Source: a virus
Lineage: Duplodnaviria > Caudoviricetes
Length of the DNA stretch: 64,000 bases
Reading direction: 5' to 3' (one strand)
Virus record (IMG/VR): IMGVR_UViG_3300042914_002678
Shown here: in pieces, positions 43,401 to 53,600 of the stretch
Layout of the letters: each line of letters starts with the position of its first letter
Position numbering within the stretch: the first letter of the stretch is position 1
Notes under the pieces: model-generated
Databases searched by the model: none
The model's input: the letters and a program-made list of their open reading frames with translations, nothing else
What the model was told of the DNA's origin: nothing
Translations under genes and position numbers: made by a program

Positions 43401-44939
43401 ATTGCATCTATCGGAAGAGATGCAAGATTTACAGTAGTTTCTATTGGAACAACAAGTGAACTAATTTTAGATAACGTCCAAGGAAACTTTTTAACTGGTG
43501 CTGGATATACAATGATGTATACCAACAGCTCTGGTATAGTTACAACTTTAAATTATTCTAGAGGAGGTAATGTAACTCCAACATCAATAGTGGTTGAAAA
43601 TGATGGACTTCACATTAAAGTCAATCATAAAAACCATGGAATGTATGCTCCAGAAAACTTTGTAGAAATAAAAGGTGTCCTTTCCGATATAGTTCCAACA
43701 AGATTAACAGCGCAATATGACGCAACTTCAACAGGACCAATTGCAATTCAAGATCCAACAAACTTTGGAACATTTGAAAATGTTGGTGTTGGAACTACAA
43801 ATACGGGATATGTATTAATTGAAAATGAAATCATCGAATACACATCAGTTTCTGGAAGCAACCTTGGAGGAAATATTGTAAGGGGAATTAATCCCCGCAC
43901 ATACCCAGTAGGAACTCCTGTTTACAAATATGAACTTGGTGGAGTTAATCTTTCTAGGATAAACAAAGTCCATAGTTTGTCTGATGCAACGGTATCGAAT
44001 CCTATTACGTTCGATTCATACCATCTAAAATTAGATATGGAAGCACTTAATGTAAATAATGACGATAGAAGTGATGATGTTGGATATCCAGCTCTATATC
44101 TAAATCAAACTAAGTCTGCTGGTGGTTATAACATCAGAGCATCTCAAAATATGCCATTTGAGATTATAACCCCTATGGTACAAAATGTTACTGTTAGTGG
44201 AACCAATTTGAGTGGAGAAATCAAGACGACTACTGGTAAGAGTATGAGTGGTAATGAGATACCGTTTGTAGATAATGGTTTTGAACCAATAACTATCAAT
44301 GAACCAAATTATTTGGATACTCCAAGAATTATAGCATCGGACATTAACGAATCAAATAGACTTCTTGGAAATAAATCCTTGAACATGAGACTTTTACTGA
44401 ATACAACTGATAGTAGAATTACTCCAATTATTGATGCACAAAGAATAAATGTCATTACAACTTCAAATAGAGTCAATGACATTATTGAAAACTATGCAAC
44501 AGATAGAAGAGTAAATGGGTTTACTTCAGATCCAACAGCTTGTCAGTATATTTCTAAAGAGATTCTTTTAGAAAATTCAGCATCTTCTATCAAGATTTTG
44601 GTTGCTGCTCATGTAAATGTAAATTCTGATATTAGAGCATTCTATGCAATTGGAAATGAACCAGGATTTAATCCAATATTTGCACCATTCCCAGGTTATT
44701 CAAACTTGGATGTTAGAAATAGGATTATTGCTGCAGAAAACAACAATGGAGAACCAGATGTATTTGTTTCAAAAACAAATTCATATGGATTTGGAAATGA
44801 TGTTGAATTCAAAGAATATACGTTTAGCATAGATCAGTTACCACCATTTAGAACATATAGAGTTAAGTTGATTTTAACATCAACAAGTCAAGTATATGTT
44901 CCAAGACTTAAAGACTTAAGAGTAATTGCTCTTGCATAA
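37485..44939 (+). CDS. Large virion structural protein (VrlC-like)
   Basis: 2484 aa. NLNVAPYFDDYD...KVLFKPGYPVQARELT, APGADRLK, DPLAQTF, VPRLKDLRVIALA. Confidence 0.8.
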   Translation: MSQQTNLNVAPYFDDYDPASDYHKVLFKPGYPVQARELTTLQSILQNQIERFGRHLFKEGAKVIPGNTLYNSKYPCIQLNTTYQGVPVAAYADQLVGTKITGQSSGISAFVDKILLPQDSERGVLTLYINYLNSSTTNNSSETFFDGELLTCSATLTSGLLGNTSITSGSPFAITIENNAAAIGCAYSIQDGVYFVRGNFVNVQKETLILDQYSNTPNYRVGLYVQEDIVNANIDETLNDNSQGFNNYSAPGADRLKISLRLFKKSLDDNNDNNFVELASLRNGKISSVYERGDLGGGPGYNEVIDLLASRTYAESGDYFVKPFDINLVDSLNDDVGNRGLFQTGQLTYNGSVPSDDLAVYQISSGRAFIRGYDCNVPNQTFLDVDKPRTTKTLKDQSIIYNTGPTLKLNRVYGSPILGIGNTYALSLRDQRRASGIATVGKEIGVARVYDCRLESGSYSASNANTNQWNISLYDVQTFTDLTLNSAVDLSVPTYVKGANSGATGFIRYDVSSGVAVTVYNTTGEFIPNESLIFDGIGNGRIAIAVTTYSISDVKSVHGTNDGIVGVGSTFLGDVIQSIGYNVGIATISAAGGGISTVRSSNQDFPGTIVRKNNLVQYTNPASPNINYAKVVSVGATSIVIEAVTNVTGVVSGDLPTSQLNVTDFKILATKLERSTDNTLYTRLPKVNIASVDLTNAQLTIRKTFTVNISGNQLSSPVNAGTNETFLGFDEERYSLIRSDGTTEELTADKFAFLLGGSQLQIYNLGSNDTGATLTATLRKIKPKAKEKIKNRVNSITITKSKYSASGIGSTTLNDGLSYGNYPFGTRVQDEILSLNVPDIIEIHGIFESTSASDNATAPRVVLSSIISESTTTSELIVGELIKGQTSGAVAIVAEKLTDSQISFVYKNQGGYRFKEGETLTFAESNVTATALTIDSPSFDISHNYTFKTGQQDTYYGYGSLIRNEQSQEPSKKLKVYFSNGYFDATDDGDITTVESYKQFNYSKDILSVGNVSPKDTIDIRPRVSQFNVQENARSPLEFYGRTFNPSLGSAKNILASDETILTTFSYYQGRIDRIFLTREGVFQVKYGQPSDKPEMPVSVDEALEIATITFPPYLYRTEQASIKYLEHKRYRMVDIKQLETRIRNLEYYTTLSLLETNTANLFIPDADGFNRFKSGFLVDNFSSFISQETNYGIKNSIDLTNKELRPAHYTNSIDLIFGPVSNTSPTEFSPIEGVNIRKSNDVITLDYAEVEWLKHSYGTRLESVTPFLVNFWEGTLELTPESDTWVDTTRLEARIIETEGNYAQTVNDLARTDNLDPQTGFAPVVWGAWVANWTGATQIVRSTTQTNEWRGGDGWAEQITRLNTFEETREAGSESRTGTQIVVTEQFDRTSVGDRVVSRELIPFMRSRNIEFFARKVKPLTRVYPFFNGVDMSRFCVPKLLEVSMVSGTFQVGETVSGTVITTGLNPQLFDRVPRISFRLAQANHREGPYDSPTRIYRLNPYDSANQPLPSTYSSTSTILNVDTYSLAAQVLGQFSGYIDIGMSLVGQTSGARATITNNRLISDLSAVVAGSLFVPNPNCVNHPRFAVGDIPFRLISDSNNNVDLSTTIAERNFSASGTHETVQENIISVRNANVQVQTARQDRGITRSLGTRLASSEIISRNFWTWAVGGGGGDPLAQTFFINETTGIFVTKCDFFFGTKDDMDIPLMFSIRPVVNGFPTQEMLPFSVIVVDPDQINTSSDGSVATTIEFDAPVYLESGREYALILDSQSTKYNVFISRVGENDLITDEFVAQQPYLGSLLKSQNGSTWEPSQWDDLKFTLYRADFVESGSVELYNPQLREGNGQIPTLLPDALTPNSRRIRVGLGTTLADSGYVLGNTFSQLGTYGTGNLVGVAGSATGSLTVSNAGIGYTPSISGYTFPGVNLVTLTGNGRGATAEVSISNGVAIAATITNGGSGYQIGDVLGITTIGIASIGRDARFTVVSIGTTSELILDNVQGNFLTGAGYTMMYTNSSGIVTTLNYSRGGNVTPTSIVVENDGLHIKVNHKNHGMYAPENFVEIKGVLSDIVPTRLTAQYDATSTGPIAIQDPTNFGTFENVGVGTTNTGYVLIENEIIEYTSVSGSNLGGNIVRGINPRTYPVGTPVYKYELGGVNLSRINKVHSLSDATVSNPITFDSYHLKLDMEALNVNNDDRSDDVGYPALYLNQTKSAGGYNIRASQNMPFEIITPMVQNVTVSGTNLSGEIKTTTGKSMSGNEIPFVDNGFEPITINEPNYLDTPRIIASDINESNRLLGNKSLNMRLLLNTTDSRITPIIDAQRINVITTSNRVNDIIENYATDRRVNGFTSDPTACQYISKEILLENSASSIKILVAAHVNVNSDIRAFYAIGNEPGFNPIFAPFPGYSNLDVRNRIIAAENNNGEPDVFVSKTNSYGFGNDVEFKEYTFSIDQLPPFRTYRVKLILTSTSQVYVPRLKDLRVIALA

Positions 44940-44940
44940 T

Positions 44941-45174
44941 ATGGAAAAACACGGAGTTGAAGGATATTCGGATCTCGCAAGAGATCCGGATACAAATTGC
45001 ATATTAAATGTAAATCGTTCTGAATATGAGCAGTATATTGCTAGAAGAGTAGCAAAAAATGAAAAGAATCAAAAGGTACAAACAATTGAACAAGAAGTTG
45101 CTAGTATGAAAGGTGATATTGATGAGATAAAATCACTACTAAAGGAGTTGTTAAATGGATCCCGACAAAATTGA
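44941..45174 (+). CDS. Small coiled-coil hypothetical protein
   Basis: VEGYSDLARDPDTNCILN...EIKSLLKELL. Confidence 0.75.
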   Translation: MEKHGVEGYSDLARDPDTNCILNVNRSEYEQYIARRVAKNEKNQKVQTIEQEVASMKGDIDEIKSLLKELLNGSRQN

Positions 45175-45346
45175 GCTAGAAAATTTGAGCAAGAGTTTTG
45201 AATTCTTTAAAGTTTCTGCAGAAATAGATAATATAGATGATATTGACCAATTAAGACTTATAGCAAAGTCTTATTATAAATTATATCTCAAACAACAGGA
45301 AGTTGTATCAACACTAGGCTTAATGGGAGTATCAGATGGCGAGTAA
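45155..45346 (+). CDS. Hypothetical protein
   Basis: 63 aa ORF. Confidence 0.7.
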   Translation: MDPDKIELENLSKSFEFFKVSAEIDNIDDIDQLRLIAKSYYKLYLKQQEVVSTLGLMGVSDGE

Positions 45347-45725
45347 GACAATCACATTTGACCCAAATGCTGGAGTTCCAGTTGGAGCAAACCTTACTAT
45401 ACATACAGGTGCAGATTTTGTAACTAATTTTACAGTACAGAACACTTCAAATTCTGCATTTAATCTTACAGGATATACTGGATCGGCAGCAATGTCTAAA
45501 AGTGTTTCTATTGGTGCAACACTTGGAATAACAACTTCATTTGCAGTTGGGTTTACTAGTGCATATGCTGGTAAATTTAAAGTTTCTTTGGGTTCCACTC
45601 AAACTAGATCATTAAAAGAGGGTAGATATGTATATAACATATTAGTGAGTTCAGGTTCAACTGTTTATAATTTGGTAAACGGTAATGTTTTAGTTATTGC
45701 AGGGATAACTACAGCGCCATCATAA
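45336..45725 (+). CDS. Virion structural protein (beta-sandwich)
   Basis: 129 aa. NLTIHTGADF...NLTGYTGSA...GRYVYNILV. Confidence 0.7.
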   Translation: MASKTITFDPNAGVPVGANLTIHTGADFVTNFTVQNTSNSAFNLTGYTGSAAMSKSVSIGATLGITTSFAVGFTSAYAGKFKVSLGSTQTRSLKEGRYVYNILVSSGSTVYNLVNGNVLVIAGITTAPS

Positions 45726-45749
45726 ATATTCTCAAGGGAGAAACTGTAA

Positions 45750-46595
45750 ATGGCACAACCATCAAGTAGGGCAGACCTAATAAATTATTGCAAAAGACAA
45801 CTGGGAGCACCGGTTTTAGAAATCAACGTTGCAGATGAACAAGTTGAGGACTTAGTAGATGATGCTTTGCAATATTTTCACGAAAGACACTTTGATGGTG
45901 TTGGACAAGTATTTTTAAAATATCAAATAACTCAAGATGATATTGATAGGGGAAGAGCACCTAGAGATAATACAACTGCAGGAATTGTAACGTCTACTGC
46001 ATCTGCTACTATAAATGGTTCTTCAGTATCATTTTCATACAAAGAAAATAGTAATTTCTTACAAATACCACCAGCAGTAATTGGTATTACCAAAATATAT
46101 CACTTTGATGGAACTAATACTACAACAAATAATATGTTTAGTATTAAGTATCAATTATTTCTGAATGATATTTACTATTGGGGTTCAACTGAAATACTAA
46201 CTTATGCAATGACAAAGACATATCTAGAAGACTTAGATTTTCTTTTGACTACACAGAAACAAATTAGATTCAATCAAAGGCAGGATAGATTATATTTGGA
46301 CATTGATTGGGGAAGTGTTAATGTTGGAGATTACATCATCATTGATTGTTACAGAACATTGGATCCAAATGATTATTCAAGGGTTTGGAATGATTCCTTC
46401 CTAAAGAAATATCTAACTTCTCTGATTAAAAGACAGTGGGGACAGAATCTTATCAAATTCCAAGGAGTTAAACTTCCTGGTGGAGTTGAATTAAATGGTA
46501 GACAAATTTATGATGATGCACAAAGAGAATTAGATATTATTGCAGAGAAAATGTCATCTACTTATGAACTACCACCATTAGATATGATTGGTTAA
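45750..46595 (+). CDS. gp13: Neck protein gp13
   Basis: YCKRQLGAPVLEINVADEQVED; QWGQNLIKFQGVKLPGGVELNG. Confidence 0.93.
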   Translation: MAQPSSRADLINYCKRQLGAPVLEINVADEQVEDLVDDALQYFHERHFDGVGQVFLKYQITQDDIDRGRAPRDNTTAGIVTSTASATINGSSVSFSYKENSNFLQIPPAVIGITKIYHFDGTNTTTNNMFSIKYQLFLNDIYYWGSTEILTYAMTKTYLEDLDFLLTTQKQIRFNQRQDRLYLDIDWGSVNVGDYIIIDCYRTLDPNDYSRVWNDSFLKKYLTSLIKRQWGQNLIKFQGVKLPGGVELNGRQIYDDAQRELDIIAEKMSSTYELPPLDMIG

Positions 46596-46600
46596 TAAAT

Positions 46601-49174
46601 ATGCTTAATCCTTTTTTTCAACAAGGTTCAAGATCTGAACAAAACTTAATTCAGGATTTAATCAACGAACAGTTGAGAATGTATGGCGTTGAAATATATT
46701 ATCTACCAAGAAAATACTTAACTCAAAAAACAGTACTCAGAGAAGTAATTGAATCCAAATTTGACGATTCGTATCCAATAGAAGCATACCTAGAAAATTA
46801 TGAGGGTTATGCAGATAACACAACTTTATTATCTAAATTTGGTATTCAATCTACTCAAGAACTTACAGTAATAATATCGCAAGAGAGATTTGAAACGTAC
46901 ATATCTCCTCTGATTAAAAATGAAACTAATATTAAGTTATCGACGAGACCAAAAGAAGGAGACTTAATATATTTTCCCTTGGGAGATAGATTATTTGAGA
47001 TAAAATTTGTTGAACACGAAAAACCTTTCTATCAACTACAAAAAAATTACGTATATACTCTCAAGTGTGAGTTGTTTAGATATGAAGATGAAGTCATTGA
47101 TACTGGCATATCTGAGATTGATGATGTTTTAGAGCCAATCGATGGTTCAGATGGATCCGAATTTATAATTGGACCAATACAAACTTTAACTCTCGTTGGA
47201 GTTGGGATTACAGCAACTGCATTGACATCTCTTGTTGATGGTGCTATTAGAAGCATAACAGTAACAAATAGAGGTGGTGGATACAAGAGCGCACCTACTG
47301 TTGCAATATCATCAGCACCCAATGGCGGAATAACAGCAACTGCTGTAGCAGAAATGATAGGTGGAATTGTTGTATGTACTGATAATGTAAGTCCAGATTC
47401 TAAGTCAGTTCAATCTGTAAGGATTATTAATCCAGGTATGGGATACACCAGTAGACCTGGAATTAGATTTATTGGCGGCGGCGGATCCGGTGCTGCAGCA
47501 ACTGTTGGAATAGCAACAACAGGGTCTGTAGGTATTGTCACAGTAACCTCAGGAGGTTCTGGTTATACAACTGCACCAACAGTAACTTTCTCAACACCAA
47601 AACACGTTGGAGCTGCTGCCACTGCAATTATTGATACTACAGTTGGTACTGGTGGTAGTGTTTTATCTGCTGTTATTAGTCAAGGATCCTCAGCATACCT
47701 ATTCCCAGGAGGAACAACTGGTGGAGTATTTTATAGAGTCGCTCCATCAATTGTCTTTAGTTTGCCTTCTGGATCAGGAAATTCTGCTATAGCAACGGCA
47801 ACAATGGGAGATTATAACACAACTGGAGGAACTGTTGCTAATATAGCGATTACATCTGAAGGTAAGTTTTATGATCCAAATAATCCCCCAGTTGTTACAA
47901 TATCTTCTCCAGGAATAAGTTTTGCTAGTGCAACAGTTGATATTGGATATGGATTAAATGGAACTTCAATTAATCCATCACTAGTTGCATTTACAACAAC
48001 AGGTAGAGCATATACAACTGCCCCAGTGGTATCCATTTCAACTGGAGGAATATATGGAAATGATGCTCCAACACAAATCGCCGTTGGTATTGCAACTATT
48101 GATCCAATAACTGGTATAGTAACTGCTGTTGGATTTAACTCAACTACAGATCCATGGTGCGTTGGTACTGGTGCAACTATTGGATTTGGATATACCGTTG
48201 CACCAAGAATTACATTTTCTGGAAGTCCATCTCCAGTCACAGCAACCGCAACCGCAACAGTTGGAGTTGCTGGCACAATAACATCAATTTCTATAGGAAA
48301 TAGTGGATTCGGATATAGTGCTGGTTCAGTGGCTACTGTTAGCATAGCATCTCCAAGTGGAACAAATGAAGCATTTAGAGCACTAGGATTTACTACAATC
48401 AGATTTAATTCCGTTATTAGCACAGGAACAATTGCAGTTGGTTCTACCGCAATCACTGGTATTGGAACGACTAATATCTTAGTTGGAGATAGAGTAAGAT
48501 TATCAGTCGGTTATGATCAACCATATAATTTCATATCAACCAACGCATATGTTTCTCAGATTGGTATAAACACAATATACATGTCAACTGCGGCAACTAA
48601 TGTTGGAATAGCAACATCCGCGTTTGAATTTGGTATTGATCAGTGTGGAATTGTAACAGGTATAGGCATCACTTATGGTGGGGGTGGATACTTAACACCA
48701 CCAACTGTAACAATATCAAATGAGGTTTCTGATAAAAATTATATATCTGTTGCGGTAGGAATAAGAACCGCAACTGGAATATCAACCATCAATTCTGCAG
48801 GAGTTGTTACAGCAATCTATATTACTGACCCAGGAGAAGGATATATAATACCACCAACAGTATCATTCTCTTCACCATCCTTAACTTCTTCAGGAAACTT
48901 TATATTCAATGAAATTATTACTGGTTCCACAAGCGGAACTACTGCAAGGGTTAGATCATGGAATTCTGTTACGAGCACTCTTGAAGTTTCAAATGCTAGT
49001 GGTTCTTTCCTAATTGGAGAGAATATTGTTGGCACAGAATCTGGAGCTTCTCACCAATTAAGGAAATTCAATACAGACACGCCAAAGGATGGATATTCGG
49101 ATAATTCCCAAATAGAACTTGAGGCAGACTTAATTGTTGATTTTAGTGAATCAAACCCATTTGGTATGCCATAA
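46601..49174 (+). CDS. gp14: Neck protein gp14 with a large internal insertion of beta-repeat modules
   Basis: gp14 N-terminus (LINEQLRMYG, RPKEGDLIYFP) and C-terminus (DFSESNPFG) flank about 600 aa of GGSGYxxAPTV-type repeats. Confidence 0.85.
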   Translation: MLNPFFQQGSRSEQNLIQDLINEQLRMYGVEIYYLPRKYLTQKTVLREVIESKFDDSYPIEAYLENYEGYADNTTLLSKFGIQSTQELTVIISQERFETYISPLIKNETNIKLSTRPKEGDLIYFPLGDRLFEIKFVEHEKPFYQLQKNYVYTLKCELFRYEDEVIDTGISEIDDVLEPIDGSDGSEFIIGPIQTLTLVGVGITATALTSLVDGAIRSITVTNRGGGYKSAPTVAISSAPNGGITATAVAEMIGGIVVCTDNVSPDSKSVQSVRIINPGMGYTSRPGIRFIGGGGSGAAATVGIATTGSVGIVTVTSGGSGYTTAPTVTFSTPKHVGAAATAIIDTTVGTGGSVLSAVISQGSSAYLFPGGTTGGVFYRVAPSIVFSLPSGSGNSAIATATMGDYNTTGGTVANIAITSEGKFYDPNNPPVVTISSPGISFASATVDIGYGLNGTSINPSLVAFTTTGRAYTTAPVVSISTGGIYGNDAPTQIAVGIATIDPITGIVTAVGFNSTTDPWCVGTGATIGFGYTVAPRITFSGSPSPVTATATATVGVAGTITSISIGNSGFGYSAGSVATVSIASPSGTNEAFRALGFTTIRFNSVISTGTIAVGSTAITGIGTTNILVGDRVRLSVGYDQPYNFISTNAYVSQIGINTIYMSTAATNVGIATSAFEFGIDQCGIVTGIGITYGGGGYLTPPTVTISNEVSDKNYISVAVGIRTATGISTINSAGVVTAIYITDPGEGYIIPPTVSFSSPSLTSSGNFIFNEIITGSTSGTTARVRSWNSVTSTLEVSNASGSFLIGENIVGTESGASHQLRKFNTDTPKDGYSDNSQIELEADLIVDFSESNPFGMP

Positions 49175-49218
49175 ATAATTTTTATTAGAATCAAATAATA
49201 TCATAAAGGAATCTAGAT

Positions 49219-50220
49219 ATGTTTGAATATTTTTACAACGAAATTTTGAGAAAGACTGTCATTTCATTTGGCACGTTATTTAATAATATTAATATCAAAC
49301 ATACAAATTCTTCGGGGGATGTTGTAAGTGTTATCAAGGTTCCTCTGGCATATGGACCCACTCAAAAGTTTCTTGCTAGATTAAATCAATCACCAGATTT
49401 AAACAAAAGTGTTGCAATGACATTACCAAGAATGTCATTCGAATTTACTGGTCTAACTTATGATCCATCTAGAAAAGTTACAACAACTCAGCAGTTTACA
49501 GTAAAGGATCCAAATAACGGGACAGAAACAAAAAAAGCATATATGCCAGTTCCTTATAATATGCAATTTGAACTAAGCATTATGGCAAAATTAAATGATG
49601 ATGCTTTGCAAATAGTCGAACAAATATTGCCATATTTTCAACCATCATACAATCTAACAGTTGAATTGGTGGATTCTATCAATGAAAAAAGAGATATACC
49701 AATCATATTAGAAAATGTAACTTTTCAAGATGATTATGAAGGCGATTTCACAACAAGAAGAGTTCTTCTTTATACACTAAGATTTACTGCAAAGACGTAT
49801 CTATTTGGTCCTGTTACAAGTGCTACAAAGGATATCATCAAAACTACAAAAATCAGTTACCTCACTGGCACAGATACCTCAAATACAACAAGGGAGGTTG
49901 TTTATACAGCAACTCCACGAGCAATCAAAAATTATACGGGCATTGTCGTCACAACTTTATCAAAAGATATTTCAACAACAGATACTATAATTAATGTTGA
50001 GAATGCATCATCAATCTCTACAAAAACATATCTCGATATTGGCGGCGAGGAAGTATATGTAACCTTAAAATCGGGCAATGCACTGACTGTTAAGAGAGGG
50101 CAAGATGGAACTACAGTTACTTCTCATCTAAGAGGCGAAGATGTTAAATCAATAACAACTGCAGATAATGCATTGATTGAAGAAGGAGATGACTTTGGAT
50201 TTAGTGGTTCGATAGGATGA
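49219..50220 (+). CDS. gp15: Tail sheath stabiliser/terminator gp15
   Basis: MFEYFYNEILRKTVISFGTLFN; VPLAYGPTQKFLARL; LPRMSFE. Confidence 0.92.
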   Translation: MFEYFYNEILRKTVISFGTLFNNINIKHTNSSGDVVSVIKVPLAYGPTQKFLARLNQSPDLNKSVAMTLPRMSFEFTGLTYDPSRKVTTTQQFTVKDPNNGTETKKAYMPVPYNMQFELSIMAKLNDDALQIVEQILPYFQPSYNLTVELVDSINEKRDIPIILENVTFQDDYEGDFTTRRVLLYTLRFTAKTYLFGPVTSATKDIIKTTKISYLTGTDTSNTTREVVYTATPRAIKNYTGIVVTTLSKDISTTDTIINVENASSISTKTYLDIGGEEVYVTLKSGNALTVKRGQDGTTVTSHLRGEDVKSITTADNALIEEGDDFGFSGSIG

Positions 50221-50639
50221 AAATGACTAAAAAATTTGATGGATTGAATGATGCCTTTAATATTGAAGGTGAAATAGTGTCAAAAGACACTGAGATTGAA
50301 AAGATTGAGAAGATAAAGTCTTCGGTTGAAGATGTAAAAAAAGATTATGAATACACTAGAGGAAATTTGTATTCTTTGATAGAAAAGGGACAAGAAGCGA
50401 TTAACGGTATTCTTGAACTTGCCCAAGAAAGTGAGATGCCAAGAGCGTATGAAGTTGCTGGACAATTGATTAAAAATGTGGCAGATGCAACTGATAAATT
50501 GATGGACTTACAGAAGAAGTTGAAAGACGTTGAGGAAGACAAAACAAAAGGTCCAACCAATGTCACAAATGCATTATTTGTTGGTTCGACTGCAGATTTG
50601 GCAAAATTGCTAAAGAATCAAAACTTGAAAAATGAGTGA
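50217..50639 (+). CDS. gp16: Terminase small subunit gp16
   Basis: DYEYTRGNLYSLIEKGQEAI; PRAYEVAGQLIK; TNVTNALFVGST. Confidence 0.93.
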   Translation: MKMTKKFDGLNDAFNIEGEIVSKDTEIEKIEKIKSSVEDVKKDYEYTRGNLYSLIEKGQEAINGILELAQESEMPRAYEVAGQLIKNVADATDKLMDLQKKLKDVEEDKTKGPTNVTNALFVGSTADLAKLLKNQNLKNE

Positions 50640-50689
50640 TTTTTTAGTAAAATAAATACATTTATATATGGACAATGGAGCAATAATAG

Positions 50690-53600
50690 GTGCCACTAGT
50701 AAAACCTTCGGAGTTTTTTGATGACAAGAATAAAAAAAGTTCTCTCGATTCTGTTAAAGAGAACTTAAATAGTGCTGCACCTGAAAAATTAGAAACTATA
50801 TCTGAAGCATACGATTCATTTAAAACAAATTTAAACCAGATTCAAAAGTTATCAAATTTTACTGAGACATTAGATAATTTTAAAGTTGGTCTTGAAAGGG
50901 TTGATTCATTATCAGATGCTGTTGAACAGATAAAAGCAGAGATTCAAGATTTTGCTAAGAAAGAAGATCTTGAAGAGTCTATAATGTCTCAACTTTTCTT
51001 TATAGAAGAGTCACTTAAGACAACTCAAAGTAAAATTAAGACATTAAATTCAAAAACTTTATTCAACATAAAAGAAGAATTTGATAGTCTTTCTTCAGTA
51101 GTAGAGAATTTTATATCTACTGAAGTTCCACTGTACAAAAAATTAATTACAGAGTCAGAAACTAGAGTTGATGATAGATTTTCTGCATACAAAGAATCTG
51201 TAGCATCAAAAGTAGATGATCTAAGTAATCAGATATCCAAAAAGTTTGAAAACATAGCAAAGACTCTTACTGGAATAAATGAGGACAGTTTAGATTCTAT
51301 TAGAGAAAATATATCTCTAGTTGAAGATAAAGTAGATTTTGTTTTAGAGAGAGAACTTCCCAAATATAAGAAAATATTTGCAGAAACAGAATTAAAAACT
51401 GAAGAAAGACTGCTAGAGACTGAAAATAAAATTAAAGAGCAGTCTGAAAATTTTGAATATCTTTATCTCTCCAAGATTGAAAGTCTTAGAGAAGACTTTG
51501 ATACATTTGTTGGTACAGAAATACCCAAATTTAAAAATACTCTGGTAGAGTTTAAATTAAACGCTGAAGATAATACAAATCAGGTATTAGAAAAATTAGA
51601 CGTTAATATCAAAATCATAAAAGAAAGTTTTGATATTTTCAAAAAGTCCGTAGAAGACAAAAATACAGAAGCAAATGAAGCACTAGAAAAGAACATTTCT
51701 TCTGTAGAAAACTTTATCAATGAGTCTAAGAAAGAAATTTCATCTCTAACAAAAACATACGAGAATCTTTATAAGGATTTTAAGAATAGAGAAATCCACG
51801 AAAATAAAAAGTTAGAAGAATATTCTTCTAAGATAGAAGGATTTTCTCAAAAAATTTCTGACTTAGAAAATTCCGTATCAGATCAATTTATTGATATTAA
51901 AGAAGATTTTGATTCTAAGTCTTCAGATTACTATACAACAGTAAAGTCTAGAGTAGAAGATTTTGAAAAATCTATTCTAGAAAAAGTTAGTGATATTGAA
52001 ATCAACTTCATCAGAAATGAGAGTCATATTCAAGGAATAAAAGAGTCATTACAAGATACACTATCAAGAATTCAACTTGATGTTATTGAAAGAAATAACA
52101 AAAAGATAACAGAAAAGATTGAGTACTTAGAATCAATACTTGATACTTTCAATGAAAAAACAATTTTAAGTGAGGGAACTTCTTTACTAACAGGAACTCC
52201 TGAAACCAAAACAAAAGATCCACTTACACCTTTAGATAAAAATTTCGTAACTTTTGATGACCTATCAAATCATTATAGGCAGTTTATCAATAGGGTTCAA
52301 ATTCAACTTGCATCCATTGGTGGCGGTGGTGCTGGATTCATCAAAGATCTCGATGATGTATCATTTGACCAGACAGTTGGTGACAATCAACTTCTTATTT
52401 ACAATCAAGCAAATTCAAAATGGGTTGGCATCGCTAGCACCGCTGTTGGTGGAAACATTGGTATTCAATCAGCAGGAACTTTAATCAAAGATAGCGTAAG
52501 AGTTTTAAACTTCATCGGACTGGGCAATACATTCTCAGTAAATGGAGATACTGTTGATATAAGCATATCGGCAGGTGCTGGGGGAACTTGGGCATTAACT
52601 TCTGCTGGCATCCACACAACTAAAAGTGTAGGTATTGCAACTACTTCAGCAAAAACGGGAGTTTCTTTATATGTTGTTGGTGATGCTGAAATTGCCGGCA
52701 ACATTTCAGTTGCAGGTACAATAACCTATGAGGATGTAACCAATGTAGATTCTATTGGATTAATAACTGCAAGATCTGGAATCAATGTTATTTCCGGTGG
52801 AATTAATGCAGTTGGAGTCATCAGCGCGACTTCTTTTAATGGCAATTTAACTGGTAATGTAACAGGTAACGCCGACACTGCTACTTATGCATCATTATCT
52901 GGTGTAGCAACTTATTCAAGTGTAACGGGAATATCTACCAATGTTATTGGAGGCATAGCATCTGTTACCCAACTGAATGTCTCTGGAATATCTACGTTCA
53001 ATAGTGATGTAAAGTTTAATAATAATATTTTACACACAGGTATTGCTACATTTGGTTCGTCTAATGGTATTGGCACAGTTACAGTTGGAGTTGGTAGTAC
53101 CGCTCTTTACGTAGATGGTGATGCAAGAATAGTTGGAGTTCTCACAGTTGGTAGAGCATCTGTAACCATTGATGGTGATAACAATACTATCACTGCAGGT
53201 ATTGTTACCATTACAAATTCAACAATTGTTCTTGGTGATAACATTACTTTAAGTGGAAATGCTGCAGGTATTAACTCCGCACCAAATGTATTGTATGTTG
53301 CTAAGGATGGTAATGATTCCAACAATGGTGTTTCTATTGATAATGCATTCCTAACAATATCTGCTGCCGTTGGCGCTGCATCATCAGGAACGATCGTTAA
53401 AGTTCTTGCAGGAAACTATCTTGAGAACAACCCAATTGAAGTTCCTGCCTTTGTTTCTGTCGTAGGTAATGATCTAAAAACAGTAACAGTAAGTCCAAAC
53501 AATGCAACCAAAGATATTTTCCACGTAAGAAAAGGTTGCTACCTTGCAAATATGACTTTTACAAATCATATTGCACCAGCAGCTGCTATCGGATTCCCAA

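Noticed and set aside
47869-48456. 195-aa minus-strand ORF and similar short antisense ORFs across the structural genes
   Set aside because: These arise from the Gly/Thr/Ala/Val codon bias of the sense genes.
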